Counted from the first letter of the stretch, positions 21,401-31,247 are shown. The stretch is 64,000 nucleotides of DNA from Marinilabiliales bacterium (GCA_963776205.1 CAVZLR010000003.1:108366-172365), one strand, 5' to 3'. A program made the numbers and translations. The notes: a model not told the origin generated them from the sequence alone.

Positions 21401-22807
21401 ATATGCAGTACCCCCATACAACATTTTCGTATTGTCTTTCCATATACCCCTTAAATAGTTATAATATTGGGGAGCAATTTGAGGGTCACCCTGGTTACCG
21501 CTACTATTATTATGGTATACAAACCGGCGCATCCCATAACGTTCATCATCTACAATTCCGTTACCAAAATTCACACCGTTGATACTTACATCACAGATTT
21601 GCACATATGTTGTATCTCCAGTTGACCCATTTATAATTAACTCATATTTCGGATTATCAAAACCATCAGGATCCATGTAAGGGCCCTGGAAAAAGTCGAC
21701 ACCAATGGCAGGTGGTGGTGGTTGTGGTCCACCATATGATTCAGGGTCACCACTACCATCAACTGCTGTTCCATTATAACAATAACCTAATCCTCTTGCT
21801 ACATCACAACCGACAAAGTCATCCCTTGCATACCCAAGGTCTGTATCAACCCAAGGTGAAAAATAGGTTTGTGTTAATACGAAAGTAGATCTGTTAATAA
21901 TTTCATAACTGTAAAATGTCATGTTGTTGATCACATCATTCGTAGCAAAAGCAAAAGCTTGAGCTCTGATTTCCATACCAATTGCAGCGCCATCAGTCTC
22001 CGTGTGAATGTTTCCTTTATCATTAAAAACCCACCAAAGTGTCTGGTCACCTTTGATTACCTGGTCAGCCAAAATACTTCCGTTGATGGTACCCTGAAAC
22101 TCCTCTTCCATAGTAGGAATATCAGTATGACAGAGGTCATTATCAATATCGTAATAAGGATAGTCACCAGCAAAAGGATCGTATTCTCCATCACCATCAT
22201 TATCATAAAAAGGTGCCAAATAATAACTTTGTTCTTTTGAAGTTTCTCCATGGGCGGGCCATTCAAGAATAGATGGTGGAATTTCATAATCCTCTGACGG
22301 AACAAAAAAGCCCGTTTCAGGATCTGTATTCGCTAAAAAATCATCCACTTCTGCCCTGGTTATTTTCGCAAAGCGGTCATATTGTGCACAGGTAGCTTCA
22401 TCAATAGCTGCTGTTCCATCAACAGTTAAGGGCCCTGTCCAATAATCGATTCCTACCTGTCTGTAACGTTGTGCAGCTAATTTTAGCTGGTTGTTGATAT
22501 CGAGCCCACCGATCCACAGCGCACCCGAGAACATAGATGTTGCAGACCCGGCTTTTGGAATATAGTACTTCGCCCCAGTTCCACCTGGTAAATCCCACCA
22601 CATATCGCCTCCGGTATTGATCCTTGCCCTTACATTATTAATATCCAGCCAATCATACGCTGAAGCAGGTGCACATCCGGCAGCAGTTTCTCTTAATTCA
22701 GAACTTTGCTTTTTACCATTATCATATCTGTATTCTTCGGCAAATAACTGGCTGCTGATAAAAACCAGTGTGAAAAGAATAACTAAAGTTCGAGAAATAT
22801 TATTCAT
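18461..22807 (-). CDS. 1448-aa secreted protein of unknown function with T9SS C-terminal sorting domain
   Basis: Has a signal peptide and no catalytic motif I can recognise (no HExxH). It has an acidic Ca-loop-like DxDxDGxxD (YDNDGDGEYDPFAGD). The C-terminus (IVPNPYYAYSS...TVTIYNVSGTKVKQF...EWDLKNFASVPISGGVYYIHTV) is a type-A/FlgD-Ig-like T9SS CTD. Confidence 0.75.
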   Translation of the reverse strand: MNNISRTLVILFTLVFISSQLFAEEYRYDNGKKQSSELRETAAGCAPASAYDWLDINNVRARINTGGDMWWDLPGGTGAKYYIPKAGSATSMFSGALWIGGLDINNQLKLAAQRYRQVGIDYWTGPLTVDGTAAIDEATCAQYDRFAKITRAEVDDFLANTDPETGFFVPSEDYEIPPSILEWPAHGETSKEQSYYLAPFYDNDGDGEYDPFAGDYPYYDIDNDLCHTDIPTMEEEFQGTINGSILADQVIKGDQTLWWVFNDKGNIHTETDGAAIGMEIRAQAFAFATNDVINNMTFYSYEIINRSTFVLTQTYFSPWVDTDLGYARDDFVGCDVARGLGYCYNGTAVDGSGDPESYGGPQPPPPAIGVDFFQGPYMDPDGFDNPKYELIINGSTGDTTYVQICDVSINGVNFGNGIVDDERYGMRRFVYHNNSSGNQGDPQIAPQYYNYLRGIWKDNTKMLYGGTAYAGGAGTVGPECDFMFPGDTDPCNWGTGQQPPNGGYTQNGLYWTEETGDGGAPNPPEDRRFMQSAGPFTLKPGAVNYITVGIPWARATAGAPFSSVDLLRTVDDKCQALFDNCFKVIDGPSAPDLTIQELDKEFIFYISNSPSSNNYQEKYTEYDPNIYQPWPGDPDGEIRSDSIYRFEGYQIFQLKDASVGVESLHDPDLVRIVAQFDIDNGVSKLVNYYYDEYINGNVPVVEVEGADDGIQHSFVITQDAFATDDVRLINNKVYYYMALAYAYNEYYPYSPDPDGYLGQKIPFLSGRKNIKTYSAMPHYTVNGTVINGNYGESPKITRIAGNGNGGLYLDLTDETINEILSKPPAGPDNLFGSPDYPIAYNPVYKENSGPLNIKVIDPLNVVNTTYTWWMDTLKPVTVYNLTGDPTIQGDTASKYVSKWYLLDHTSGEIYETDTTIIVEDEVLFPELGISINVIQPFNPGPIAVGKIEVDNSLKTASAILAPNNGIINASIEYSDSSQRWLSGVFDEDIPGYPLDWIRSGIVKSDELPQGNDWRMGSSPDNPWDPNEDYEKLLNGTWAPYSMTSFGNTFTGDGIQSIFGPGYSYYSKFYSRLKSIASVDIVFTPDQSQWTRAAVLEMSFEPALAEGNARRFELRKSPSIDKGGNYATIGSGPSDNPEAANYISDHGMGWFPGYAINVETGERLNIMYGEDSYLVAENGRDMQFNPPGKNLDLEYQYQDPNIIKDTISFTPVMGGKHFVYIMNHNTLAVTEGGLNIQFNSPAYDAGRYNVSTLDTIFEQPLTFLTNYFFANIMYAGMPMGVKGVDWLANEAKVRIRVSKPYQSGYAQVPVDTVYPGIDVNNYYPMYEFSMEGLSTEYNDPQKLETDLDEINIVPNPYYAYSSYENNPLDTRIKITNLPEKCTVTIYNVSGTKVKQFKKDTPETTIEWDLKNFASVPISGGVYYIHTVSDQGERVIKWFCIMRVPDLNTF

Positions 22808-22843
22808 GATATATATATTTTCTATTGTCTTAAATGATTTCTA

Positions 22844-25800
22844 CTAAAAATTGAACATCAAACCAAAACGAATCTGCCTGGGTGTACTGTAGTTTCCTGG
22901 ATTATCAACATAAACACCGTATAAGTCTCTAAATGATTGTGGATCTAATTGGTTGTTAATTTGACGCTGCCATTCAGGAGCGGATAGATAACCATCATCA
23001 TCCGGATTTCCAGTATAAGGATATACATTGATAACATTTTTAGTATTCAGTAAATTCAGTATCTGGAAATATACATTTAAATAAGCCTGGCGACCTTCCT
23101 TGCCCTCTTTTGGTTTACTCAAATTAAAATAAATGTCTTTATCTATTCTAATATCAAACCTGAATTGCCAGGGCAGCCTGGAACCATTGTATGTTCCCTT
23201 TAATAAGTTGGTTCCTCCGGAGATAGGTGAAGTAACATTACGTGACGCTGTATATGGTGTTCCTGAACCTCCAATAAGCGTAAAATTAAACCCGGTGTTG
23301 CTTAACCAGTCAATCGGAGCCTTTCCATTTTTTCTTTCAGTTCTTGGTCCATTGTAGTTCTTGCCGGAAGACCAACGGTAATCCATCACAATATTAAACT
23401 GATGCCTTCTGTCCCAGGGCATTGGAAATGTAGACCTTAAGTTTGGTAAACCTGCAGCTATCAATGAAGCAGCTGTTGTGGTGGATGAACCTGTTGCATC
23501 AGCAAACTGTAATGTATAAGCGGCTCTTAATCTCAAATTTTTTGTGCGTCGCAAATCATATTCAGCAGTTATTCCATTTACAGTTCCAAAGTCAATATTA
23601 TTATATGATGTATAGTCTTTAGGATACGCTCCATTAAAACGATATGTTTGAAGCATATTACGCATTTCACGATAAAAAGCTGTGAAGGTAATAGATGAAG
23701 ACTGTGTAACCCGTTGTGTAAATCCTAACTCATAATCAATTGTTTTTGTTGGTTCCAGGTTAGGATTATTAATCTGGTTACCTGTAAAGTTAAAATAATA
23801 CCATGTTGCAGGGCTTGTGTAGCTATTACTTGTTGGTCTTTGTGTCAACACATCATAATGAGCAAAAAACAAAGCTTCATCTGAAATAGGAAATGAAAAT
23901 GAAATCCTCGGCATAACATTGATCTGTGGATCATAATCTTTAAAAGACTCGAGGCTTACACGGTCTTGTTCCGGATCAACCAGTGCAGGGGAAATACCAT
24001 AACCAACATCAAGTACATTAGGGTCCTGAATTTCAATTCCTTCTGCATTATACCATATATATTCATTTCGATAACCGACTACTTCTGTCGGGTTATCAAC
24101 CTGGTCAACATAAATCACATAATCGCCTCCAATATTCGTCAGGAGGGGTAAAATTAAACGGTAATGCATCCTTTTCAGAAACAGTATATCTTGGATAGAG
24201 TACAAACGGATCAACCAGAACCTGCTGGTTCGCATCATAACGGTCAACCCTCACACCAATGTTAAATATCAGGTCTTTAAATGCAAACTGATCCTGGATA
24301 TAACCTGCCATATAAATTGGCCTGAAAGCTCCTATAGGCCTCGTGTACATTCCATTTTCATCCGTTTCAGTAAAGAAATCAGAAAAAGAAGGTTGCTCCG
24401 TTAATCTTTCTCCTGTGTAACTAAAACCAGAATAATTAATGTATGATGAACCGTTGTTCCATAATTCATCGGGTGAGAATAGTGCAACGCTAAGATCATC
24501 TGCATTTAGTGTTGAGGTGTGAATCATACCATCCTTATCATAGTATTCAATCGTATTATTCAAAATGTCATAAGAATCAATTTCGATATAATCTAAACCG
24601 TCAACTGGTAAACCCATAGCAATCCTCAAGTTTTCATCAAAAACTGTCTGAGAATTGGCATCGTATTTCCGTGGATAAAGAATCGTATCCACATGACCAT
24701 CATAACTAATTACTTCAGGATTGTCAATGTCTAGCTGTTCGATATGAAAATTAGTTAATCCTCTCATCAGGTTCCATAAACCTGTCGGTCCATAATTAAC
24801 AAAACTACTCACACGTTGCTCATATTGAAATCCTAGTTTGATAGCATGATTTTTTATATCGAGCGATGCATCAACCCTAATATTGTACTGGTCGTTGTTG
24901 TATATTCCGTATCCTGACTGATTGGTTCCGGGTGATTGATACAGCGAATAAATAGCTTGTGGTGTACTGCCGTTTACTAATCCACCACCCAACATAATCT
25001 GGTCAAGGTTTTCATAATGGCCATCAGGATTTCCATCATACACCGAGTAGTAGTTATTGGTATACTCAGCTACCAGAGGATTTGTATTTCTTGGATCCCA
25101 TGTTACCAGGGTATCATAATTCCATGAATTTAACAACCATACATTATCATAAAAAACACCATTAACAGTATCACTTCCTAACTCAAACGTTGGTGTTTTA
25201 TAAGTTGTAAATTTTCCAATGTATCCATATTCGAATAGATTGCTTTCATGATATGGGTCGCCAAACTCGCCTTTATCTTTTGTATAGTCAAATTGAATAG
25301 CATAGTAAAAATTCTTAAATGCTGATGAACTTTCAGAAGACCCAGGAAACCGCTGGCTGAATTTAACATACCCCCTGTAATTTGTATTGGTTTGAACCGT
25401 ATTTTTATCATAGTTTGCCATGGTGGCGCCATAACTATACAGGTTTCTGTCGTTATAAAAATAACTACCGCCAATAGTCAGGTTAATTGTTTCAGTAGTT
25501 CTGATATTGATATTTCCAATAACGTTATAACTTTCCCTTGAGGTATTGGGTGATGCTTTCACATTTCTTAAATCGTCGGCTCTTAAAAACTCGCCATTTA
25601 GATAAGTACCTGTTCCGGTACCGGAAGGCCTTAATGGGTTTTGTTCAATACTGCTTAAAGCATCTTCTGTTGTTGTTCCATATCCAATTGGTGAAGGATT
25701 TCCATCTTGCTCAAATATTAGGTCACCGGCGATAAAGAAACCGAGCAAAGAGGTATTGTTTTTGTTTTTACCCTTGATTAATGGACCCATAACATTAAAA

Positions 25801-26552
25801 CCTACACGGTTATATCCGAAGGGATCCAGAAATTGAGAAGATTCCAATTCAATTCCTGCCCCAAACTGACGGGCAGGGCCTTTTGTAGTTACGTTGATAA
25901 TACCAGAGGTGGCATCACCATAACGGGCAGGAACACCACCCAAAATAACGTCAACCTGTTCGATAGCAGATTGAGGTACACTTGAATTACCAATAACACG
26001 GATACCATCGATAAACGTAGCTGTTGCATCTGAACGTGCACCACGAACACTACCTCTTTCACCATCCTGAGAAAATACACCTCCAACAGTAGTAGCTACT
26101 GAATTAGCATTTCTTTGCGGCATTTTGGCAATTTCTTCCGCGGTTACAGTGGCTCCACTGGCTGTTTGATCCTTATCGATCAGTGGCACTTTGTAATCTA
26201 CTACTTCAACGGTTTCAAGTGTTTCAGCAGTTGCTTCCAGTTCAATGTCTAAAAATCGAATTCTGTCGGCACCCAATGTAACACCCTGGATTAATTTGGT
26301 CTTATATCCAACAAAAGTCGCTTTTACATCCACTTTTCCAGGAGGTAACGGTTTTATTACATAATTACCATCAAAGTCGGACGAAGTACCTCCCACTTGT
26401 GATCCTTTATTTTCAACTACTATGTTTGCAAAAGGAATGGGTTCTTTGGTATCTTGATCAACAACCTTTCCTTGCAATACAGCTTGCTGTGCGTGAAGCA
26501 TTACACCGGTAAACAGAATAAAACCAATGGTGAGGAGTAAATTTCTTATCAT
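22844..26552 (-). pseudogene. TonB-dependent receptor-like outer-membrane barrel with CarboxypepD_reg domain, split by a 1-nt frameshift
   Basis: ORFs 24105..26552 and 22844..24247 overlap and join into about 1235 aa. The N-terminus has a signal peptide and a CarboxypepD_reg domain (GKVVDQDTKEPIPFANIVV...DFDGNYVI...ATFVGYKT). A plug follows (IDGIRVIGNSSVPQSAIEQVDVILGGVPARYGDATSGIINVTTK). The barrel ends RQIRFGLMFNF. The frame shifts at the G4/C4 run at 24145..24148. Confidence 0.8.
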
Positions 26553-26654
26553 ACCTGCAATTTTATGTTCATTGAATTCCTGCTCTCAAAAAGAGTTGGT
26601 AAATTTAACAAATAATTAGATTACCATTTAACATTTATTAACATCTATTTTCAA

Positions 26655-27107
26655 TCAAAAATATTTTGGTTTTAATATTTCTGAATAGATCACTGCTTTT
26701 TTTAAATCAAAATGCAATTTCCCTTTTTTTCTTCTTAGGCGTGATTTAGACTCTGGGATAGGATTTTGTTGCTCAAATAAAGTACTTTTTGTTAATGCAT
26801 CATCAGCCTCTTCGTAGTTGCGTTCTTCGTATAAGTCGTCATAGGAGAATTTATTTTCCTCATAAGTTTCCGCTTCGGCTACTGCCTGTGGATTTTCAAC
26901 TTCCGATTCATAAACTTCTTCATACTGCTGATTTTTTTCAGTAACTTCATCTAAAAGCGTTTCAAAAAAGCTTTTTTTCCTTTCACCAGTGGGTTGAGGT
27001 GACGATTTCTGCTTTCTCTTCTTTTGGCCCTGATAAATTGAAAAAGCTATCCAGACGATTCCAATCAGGATATAAAAAAAATCTTCGAATGATCCTTTAA
27101 TCAACAT
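26655..27107 (-). CDS. small membrane-anchored acidic protein, function unknown
   Basis: 150 aa. Has one N-terminal TM helix (FFYILIGIVWIAFSI), a basic patch, and a Glu/Tyr-rich middle. It is co-directional with the barrel gene and 102 nt upstream of it. Confidence 0.5.
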   Translation of the reverse strand: MLIKGSFEDFFYILIGIVWIAFSIYQGQKKRKQKSSPQPTGERKKSFFETLLDEVTEKNQQYEEVYESEVENPQAVAEAETYEENKFSYDDLYEERNYEEADDALTKSTLFEQQNPIPESKSRLRRKKGKLHFDLKKAVIYSEILKPKYF

Positions 27108-27316
27108 ACTTTTTTCAATAATCGTGGTTTAGAGGCTAAAATAGAAATTAAATACATATGAAAGCATTAGTATTAACAAAGAAGTTTTGAATGCTCATAT
27201 TGTTATTTATAAATACTGATTTAACTTATTGAAAATTTGTTGTATAAAATAATTTTGAATGATTTTAAATTACTTTTTCTGAATATATTTTCCTGCCAAA
27301 TAAATCTTTAAAAAAA

Positions 27317-27346
27317 TTTGAAGATTAAAAATAATATTTATCTTTG
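27317..27346 (+). promoter_or_regulatory. Bacteroidetes promoter (TTTG-N18-TATCTTTG) for tRNA-Asn
   Basis: -33 TTTG at 27317..27320 and -7 TATCTTTG at 27339..27346. The tRNA starts 23 nt downstream. Confidence 0.6.
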
Positions 27347-27368
27347 CAGCCACTTTAAAAAAGCACAC

Positions 27369-27442
27369 TCCTCCTTAGCTCAGTCGGTTAGAGCATCTGA
27401 CTGTTAATCAGAGGGTCCTTGGTTCGAGTCCAAGAGGGGGAG
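27369..27442 (+). tRNA. tRNA-Asn (anticodon GTT)
   Basis: The cloverleaf was folded by hand. The acceptor is TCCTCCT/AGGGGGA, the D arm is GCTC-AGTCGGTTA-GAGC, and the anticodon arm is TCTGA-CTGTTAA-TCAGA (GTT). The T arm is CCTTG-GTTCGAGT-CCAAG and the discriminator is G. CCA is not encoded. Confidence 0.93.
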
Positions 27443-27454
27443 CAACATAATCAA

Positions 27455-27487
27455 CCACTTACAGAGACATTTGTAGGTGGTTTTTTA
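27455..27487 (+). terminator. rho-independent terminator after tRNA-Asn
   Basis: Stem CCACTTACA / TGTAGGTGG (one G-U pair), an 8-nt loop, then TTTTTT. Confidence 0.7.
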
Positions 27488-27630
27488 TTTCACGCCAGAT
27501 TTACGCCAGAGATAAGATTGATTTGAGGTTTTTATTTCGGATACAAACAAGATTAAATATTCCTGACATTAGTGCATATTGTGTCTGAAAATTTTCTCCC
27601 GCTTTAATAATCTATATCTTATGATTGATA

Positions 27631-29289
27631 TTAATGTATTATAGAATACCTGTAATTATTTTTTTTGTCTCTAACTGGTAATATTATACCACCATCATTA
27701 CTTTTAAACATAGGATCGCTGCCTAAAACTACATCCGGCAAAAAATCCAATGGTTCGCTGCAGGTTTTGTTTTCAAAATCAATTTTCACAACTCTCCCAT
27801 AAGTAGTAAGTTCGTCTACTCTACTGAAATCAACGTGACCGCCTAAGTGTATATCCTTTTTAAAACCCTGTTGCATTCCCGGAGGTTGGGTTCTGTACAG
27901 CACAAATAATTGTCCGTTAGTTTCAACCATGTCTATGGATTGTCCAATACCTTCCAATACTTCATAAACATAAAGTGCTTTCATTTTGGCGTCAGGGCTA
28001 ATTTGATAAATAAAGTAATCCTTTGGAGATTGAGCAAATATCATTATATCTCCATTTTCTAAAGTAAAATACCATTGGTATGTAATATCTTTATATTTAA
28101 GCTTTGGTGTATTTCCTGAGGAAGCAACTGCAAAATTCTGAAGTTCTTCCATTGATAACACTTCTTGTACAGCAATTTTACCACTTTCTATTTTTATGAT
28201 TTGAAAATCAGTAGGGCTGCCAACATCAAACCTGTAATATCCATCGTGTTTGGCATTGATATTTCCAAAAATATAATTTGCATCTCCCGAACCATATATT
28301 CCGAAATTACCTCTTACCGACTTTGAGTCAAATGTTACGTTATCAATAAGATTTCCTTCGGCATCCATTGTTAAAAAGGTCATATAAGGTCTTCCTTTTG
28401 CCTGAGTTTTATTTAATTCCTTACTACTTGTGGGTGCATTGAGTGTTGAAACAAGGTATGATCTATTACCTTTGGCATCCCAACCTGTAGTTACAGTTCG
28501 AACGTTGTAATCCAGCGTATGCTCCTTAATATTGAAAAATGATTTTGTTTGACCGTCAAACTGACCTGTAACGAGGAAATTAGAGCCTTTAGGATTTTTT
28601 AAATCAACTCTAATATCCTTTCCAAGGAATGCAATTACTGCATCCGTTTTGTAGTATCCAATGGTATTAGGTATCAAACCTTCCAGAATTGTATAACTTT
28701 TTTCCAAGTCATCTCCTGGCTTACTATGCGCTGCAAATATGTTAAGTCGCATATCAGATGTACTGGATTCCGTTTCTTTAAATCTGAAACCCTTCAATAC
28801 CGGTGTGTACACTATCACATAGCCATATTGATCTGAATTAGTCTTATATATGGCCTGAAAACTTCCTTCTTGGATTTCAAGTTTGCCTAAAACACCATTT
28901 GCTGTAACAAGCCTTAAAACATTCATACCATTACCCGGAAATTTAACTTTGTTAGGATCAGGAATGGTGATATTATATTTCTTCTCAGATTCGGGACTTG
29001 CAACTTCACTTGAATTTTCAATTAATTCACCAGTGGTGTCAAGTGTAAATACATCAAAACCTAGTTCGCCTTTATTAAGGTCGTAAGCTACAAATGAACG
29101 TATATTTCCATCATTTGTATTTGTAGTTTCTACATACATACCTTTTTTCTCAGCCATTTTAGAAGCCGGTAATTCAACATTTCTAACTGTTAGCTTTTGT
29201 GCATTCACAGTAGCAAATATTAAAACTAATGATGAAAATAAGGTGTTCTTTATTACTTTTTTCATTGCTCTTTTTTGATTGAATTCCAC
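27631..29289 (-). CDS. secreted protein of unknown function (about 544 aa from MKKVIKNT)
   Basis: Signal peptide (LFSSLVLIFATVNAQ) and a beta-rich composition. I recognise no motif. The probable start is at 29265. Confidence 0.6.
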   Translation of the reverse strand: MEFNQKRAMKKVIKNTLFSSLVLIFATVNAQKLTVRNVELPASKMAEKKGMYVETTNTNDGNIRSFVAYDLNKGELGFDVFTLDTTGELIENSSEVASPESEKKYNITIPDPNKVKFPGNGMNVLRLVTANGVLGKLEIQEGSFQAIYKTNSDQYGYVIVYTPVLKGFRFKETESSTSDMRLNIFAAHSKPGDDLEKSYTILEGLIPNTIGYYKTDAVIAFLGKDIRVDLKNPKGSNFLVTGQFDGQTKSFFNIKEHTLDYNVRTVTTGWDAKGNRSYLVSTLNAPTSSKELNKTQAKGRPYMTFLTMDAEGNLIDNVTFDSKSVRGNFGIYGSGDANYIFGNINAKHDGYYRFDVGSPTDFQIIKIESGKIAVQEVLSMEELQNFAVASSGNTPKLKYKDITYQWYFTLENGDIMIFAQSPKDYFIYQISPDAKMKALYVYEVLEGIGQSIDMVETNGQLFVLYRTQPPGMQQGFKKDIHLGGHVDFSRVDELTTYGRVVKIDFENKTCSEPLDFLPDVVLGSDPMFKSNDGGIILPVRDKKNNYRYSIIH

Positions 29290-29782
29290 AATATTAGCTA
29301 AAACAGGCTCTAATTTTGTTAAGAAAATGTTAAATGTTATAATGATTCTAAATAATAAGTGAGCTTGAAAACAAGGTTAGTATTTTGACATAAAGTCAAA
29401 CGTTCTGTTTTAATGTCATAAATATCACGACTTGAATCCAGAATAAAAATTTAGATATTTCACAGATTAGAGGGGTAAAAATTCTTCATATGAGAATTTT
29501 TGCGAATTAAACCACTTGCAAGATAGGTTGTGAGTAGTTTTTTAATCCTACTCTATCCAATTTTAACTGATAATTCACATCTCAGGATATGAATTAAAAC
29601 AATTCCCAAATCCTTTATTTCCGGGGTTTTTTATGATGCTACATGTCTTTTTCATGGTAACAATTCTTATTCTGGCATAGTGTATGCATAAGTTAAAGTG
29701 ATTTCAAAGCGAAATCGTTTGATCGTTAGCCTTTATTGAAAAGACTCGACAAACATTTATGAATCACTAAATAGAAAGTATC

Positions 29783-31108
29783 ATGAAAAATCTACAAAAA
29801 ACAAAAGTTGCCAGTTTAATCATCGTATTCTTTTTTGGAATATTTGGACTTATGGCACAAGATGTTACAACCGTTAAAGCAATGAGCAATGATATCAGTA
29901 ATAATTTAGATTTAGAAGCTGTTGCCTCTATTTTTGGTGATGCCAATGATTTAGAGGATTTCGAAAGACGATTGAATGATCCTGATTTACAAATATCTAA
30001 TTTAGATCTTAACCTGGATGGTTATGTAGATTACCTGCGTGTAGTAGAAGTTTCAGAAGGTAATACCCATCTGATTGCTATTCAATCTGTACTTGGTGAT
30101 GATTTATTTCAAGATGTAGCCACCATTGAAGTAGAAAAAGATCGTAATGGAAAAACATATGTTCAAGTGGTTGGAGATGTATATATGTATGGTCCCAATT
30201 ATATCATCGAACCTGTATATGTGCGCATTCCCGTATTTTTCAGCTTCTTCTGGCGACCTTACTACAGACCTTATTGCTCACCTTATTATTGGGGATATTA
30301 CCCTGGCTATTTCAGCTACTGGCATCCTTATCACCCACACATATACAGAAGTCATGTGCATGTTCATGTAAACGTACATCATGTATATCATCACGTATCC
30401 TATCGCAGAAGTCATGTCGCTTCAGAATTACATAATACACATAGGCGGAATGACTATGGTAAAAAATACCCCAGCAGATCATACGTGATGCGCAATAGAA
30501 GTACTCAAAATAATTCTACTCTTTCTTCACAAGGTTCTACAAAAAAAGCAACAATGGCTGCTGAGAGAAGTAGCACTGAAAAGTATACATCCAGGATTGA
30601 TAACAGTAATTTACACGCTCAAAGAGGAACAAGCTATTCTAAAAAAGATGAAATCAGCAAACCAAAAGCTAAGGTTACTCAAAACAGAAAAGCTACTTCC
30701 AATGTCAACGGAAGTAAAAAGTCTGTGGACAAAAAAGGTAAAATCTATACTGAAAGGATCAATCAAAAAGAAGTAAAATCTGGCGCAAATAAAACAAGAA
30801 CCAGTGCTAAAGATATAGCTTCTAGCTCCAGGAAACCTGTCTATACTAAAAAGTCATCTGAAAGAAAAAATGTGGCATCAGAGTCAAAAAGTGTCTCCAC
30901 TGGTAAGCTAAAGGTAAACAACACAAAACAACGTTCATATAGCAGTAAGTCTAGCACTTCAAAAAGCTACGATTCAAAAAGCAGAAGTGCTACATCAGAT
31001 CAAAAATCTTATGCGAATGCTTCCCATAGCAAAGAACAACAAATTGCTTCTAAGAGTCATTCAAACCCTGGAGATAAAAGTAATAGAAGCAAAACAAGGG
31101 GCAACTGA
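29783..31108 (+). CDS. secreted four-part protein, paralog A: N-domain with DLNLDGYVDY loop, Tyr/Pro/Trp-rich YxWGxY segment, His cluster, Ser/Lys-rich disordered tail
   Basis: Has a signal peptide. The N-domain is shared with 33376..34428 (NLDLNLDGYVDYLRV vs NLDLNLDDKIDFIKV; VVGDVYMYGPNYIIEP vs IVGDKDLYGKNYVVEP). This is followed by RPYYRPYCSPYYWGYYPGYFSYWHPY, then HPHIYRSHVHVHVNVHHVYHHVSYRRSH, then about 220 aa of S/K/T/N-rich low complexity. Confidence 0.7.
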   Translation: MKNLQKTKVASLIIVFFFGIFGLMAQDVTTVKAMSNDISNNLDLEAVASIFGDANDLEDFERRLNDPDLQISNLDLNLDGYVDYLRVVEVSEGNTHLIAIQSVLGDDLFQDVATIEVEKDRNGKTYVQVVGDVYMYGPNYIIEPVYVRIPVFFSFFWRPYYRPYCSPYYWGYYPGYFSYWHPYHPHIYRSHVHVHVNVHHVYHHVSYRRSHVASELHNTHRRNDYGKKYPSRSYVMRNRSTQNNSTLSSQGSTKKATMAAERSSTEKYTSRIDNSNLHAQRGTSYSKKDEISKPKAKVTQNRKATSNVNGSKKSVDKKGKIYTERINQKEVKSGANKTRTSAKDIASSSRKPVYTKKSSERKNVASESKSVSTGKLKVNNTKQRSYSSKSSTSKSYDSKSRSATSDQKSYANASHSKEQQIASKSHSNPGDKSNRSKTRGN

Positions 31109-31130
31109 TTTGGTTATTTAATCGTATTAT

Positions 31131-31159
31131 AAAAAGCAGGGTGTTCACCCTGCTTTTTT
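31131..31159. terminator. bidirectional rho-independent terminator between convergent genes
   Basis: AAAAAGCAGGG-TGTTCA-CCCTGCTTTTTT: a GC stem flanked by an A-run and a T-run. Confidence 0.7.
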
Positions 31160-31247
31160 ATAATATCACCTTAATTTGTGTTTTTCAGCTATCATTAATT
31201 TATTATAGACTTCAAAATAAATTTTGAGAATTTAGATACTATGCAAG

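Noticed and set aside
24105-24247. Overlap of the two TonB-dependent-receptor ORFs as a possible programmed ribosomal frameshift. The same was considered at 41627..41633.
   Set aside because: There is no slippery heptamer or downstream structure. All four shifts in the window sit at plain homopolymers in unrelated genes, which fits indel error better.
29290-29782. A 493-nt intergenic region upstream of paralog A, examined for an invertible promoter (flanking inverted repeats), a riboswitch or a small ORF.
   Set aside because: I could see only short local palindromes (TTTGAC-ATAAA-GTCAAA at 29384..29400; AAAAATTC-N9-GAATTTTT at 29477..29501). I found no long inverted repeats or known riboswitch cores by eye. 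It needs a computational inverted-repeat and Rfam scan before any claim.
30318-30450. The His-rich stretch of paralog A as a possible sequencing or low-complexity artefact, or a CAT/CAC microsatellite.
   Set aside because: The DNA is not a simple repeat: the His codons are interspersed with Val, Tyr and Arg codons. Paralog B has an analogous His cluster, so this is a genuine protein feature.
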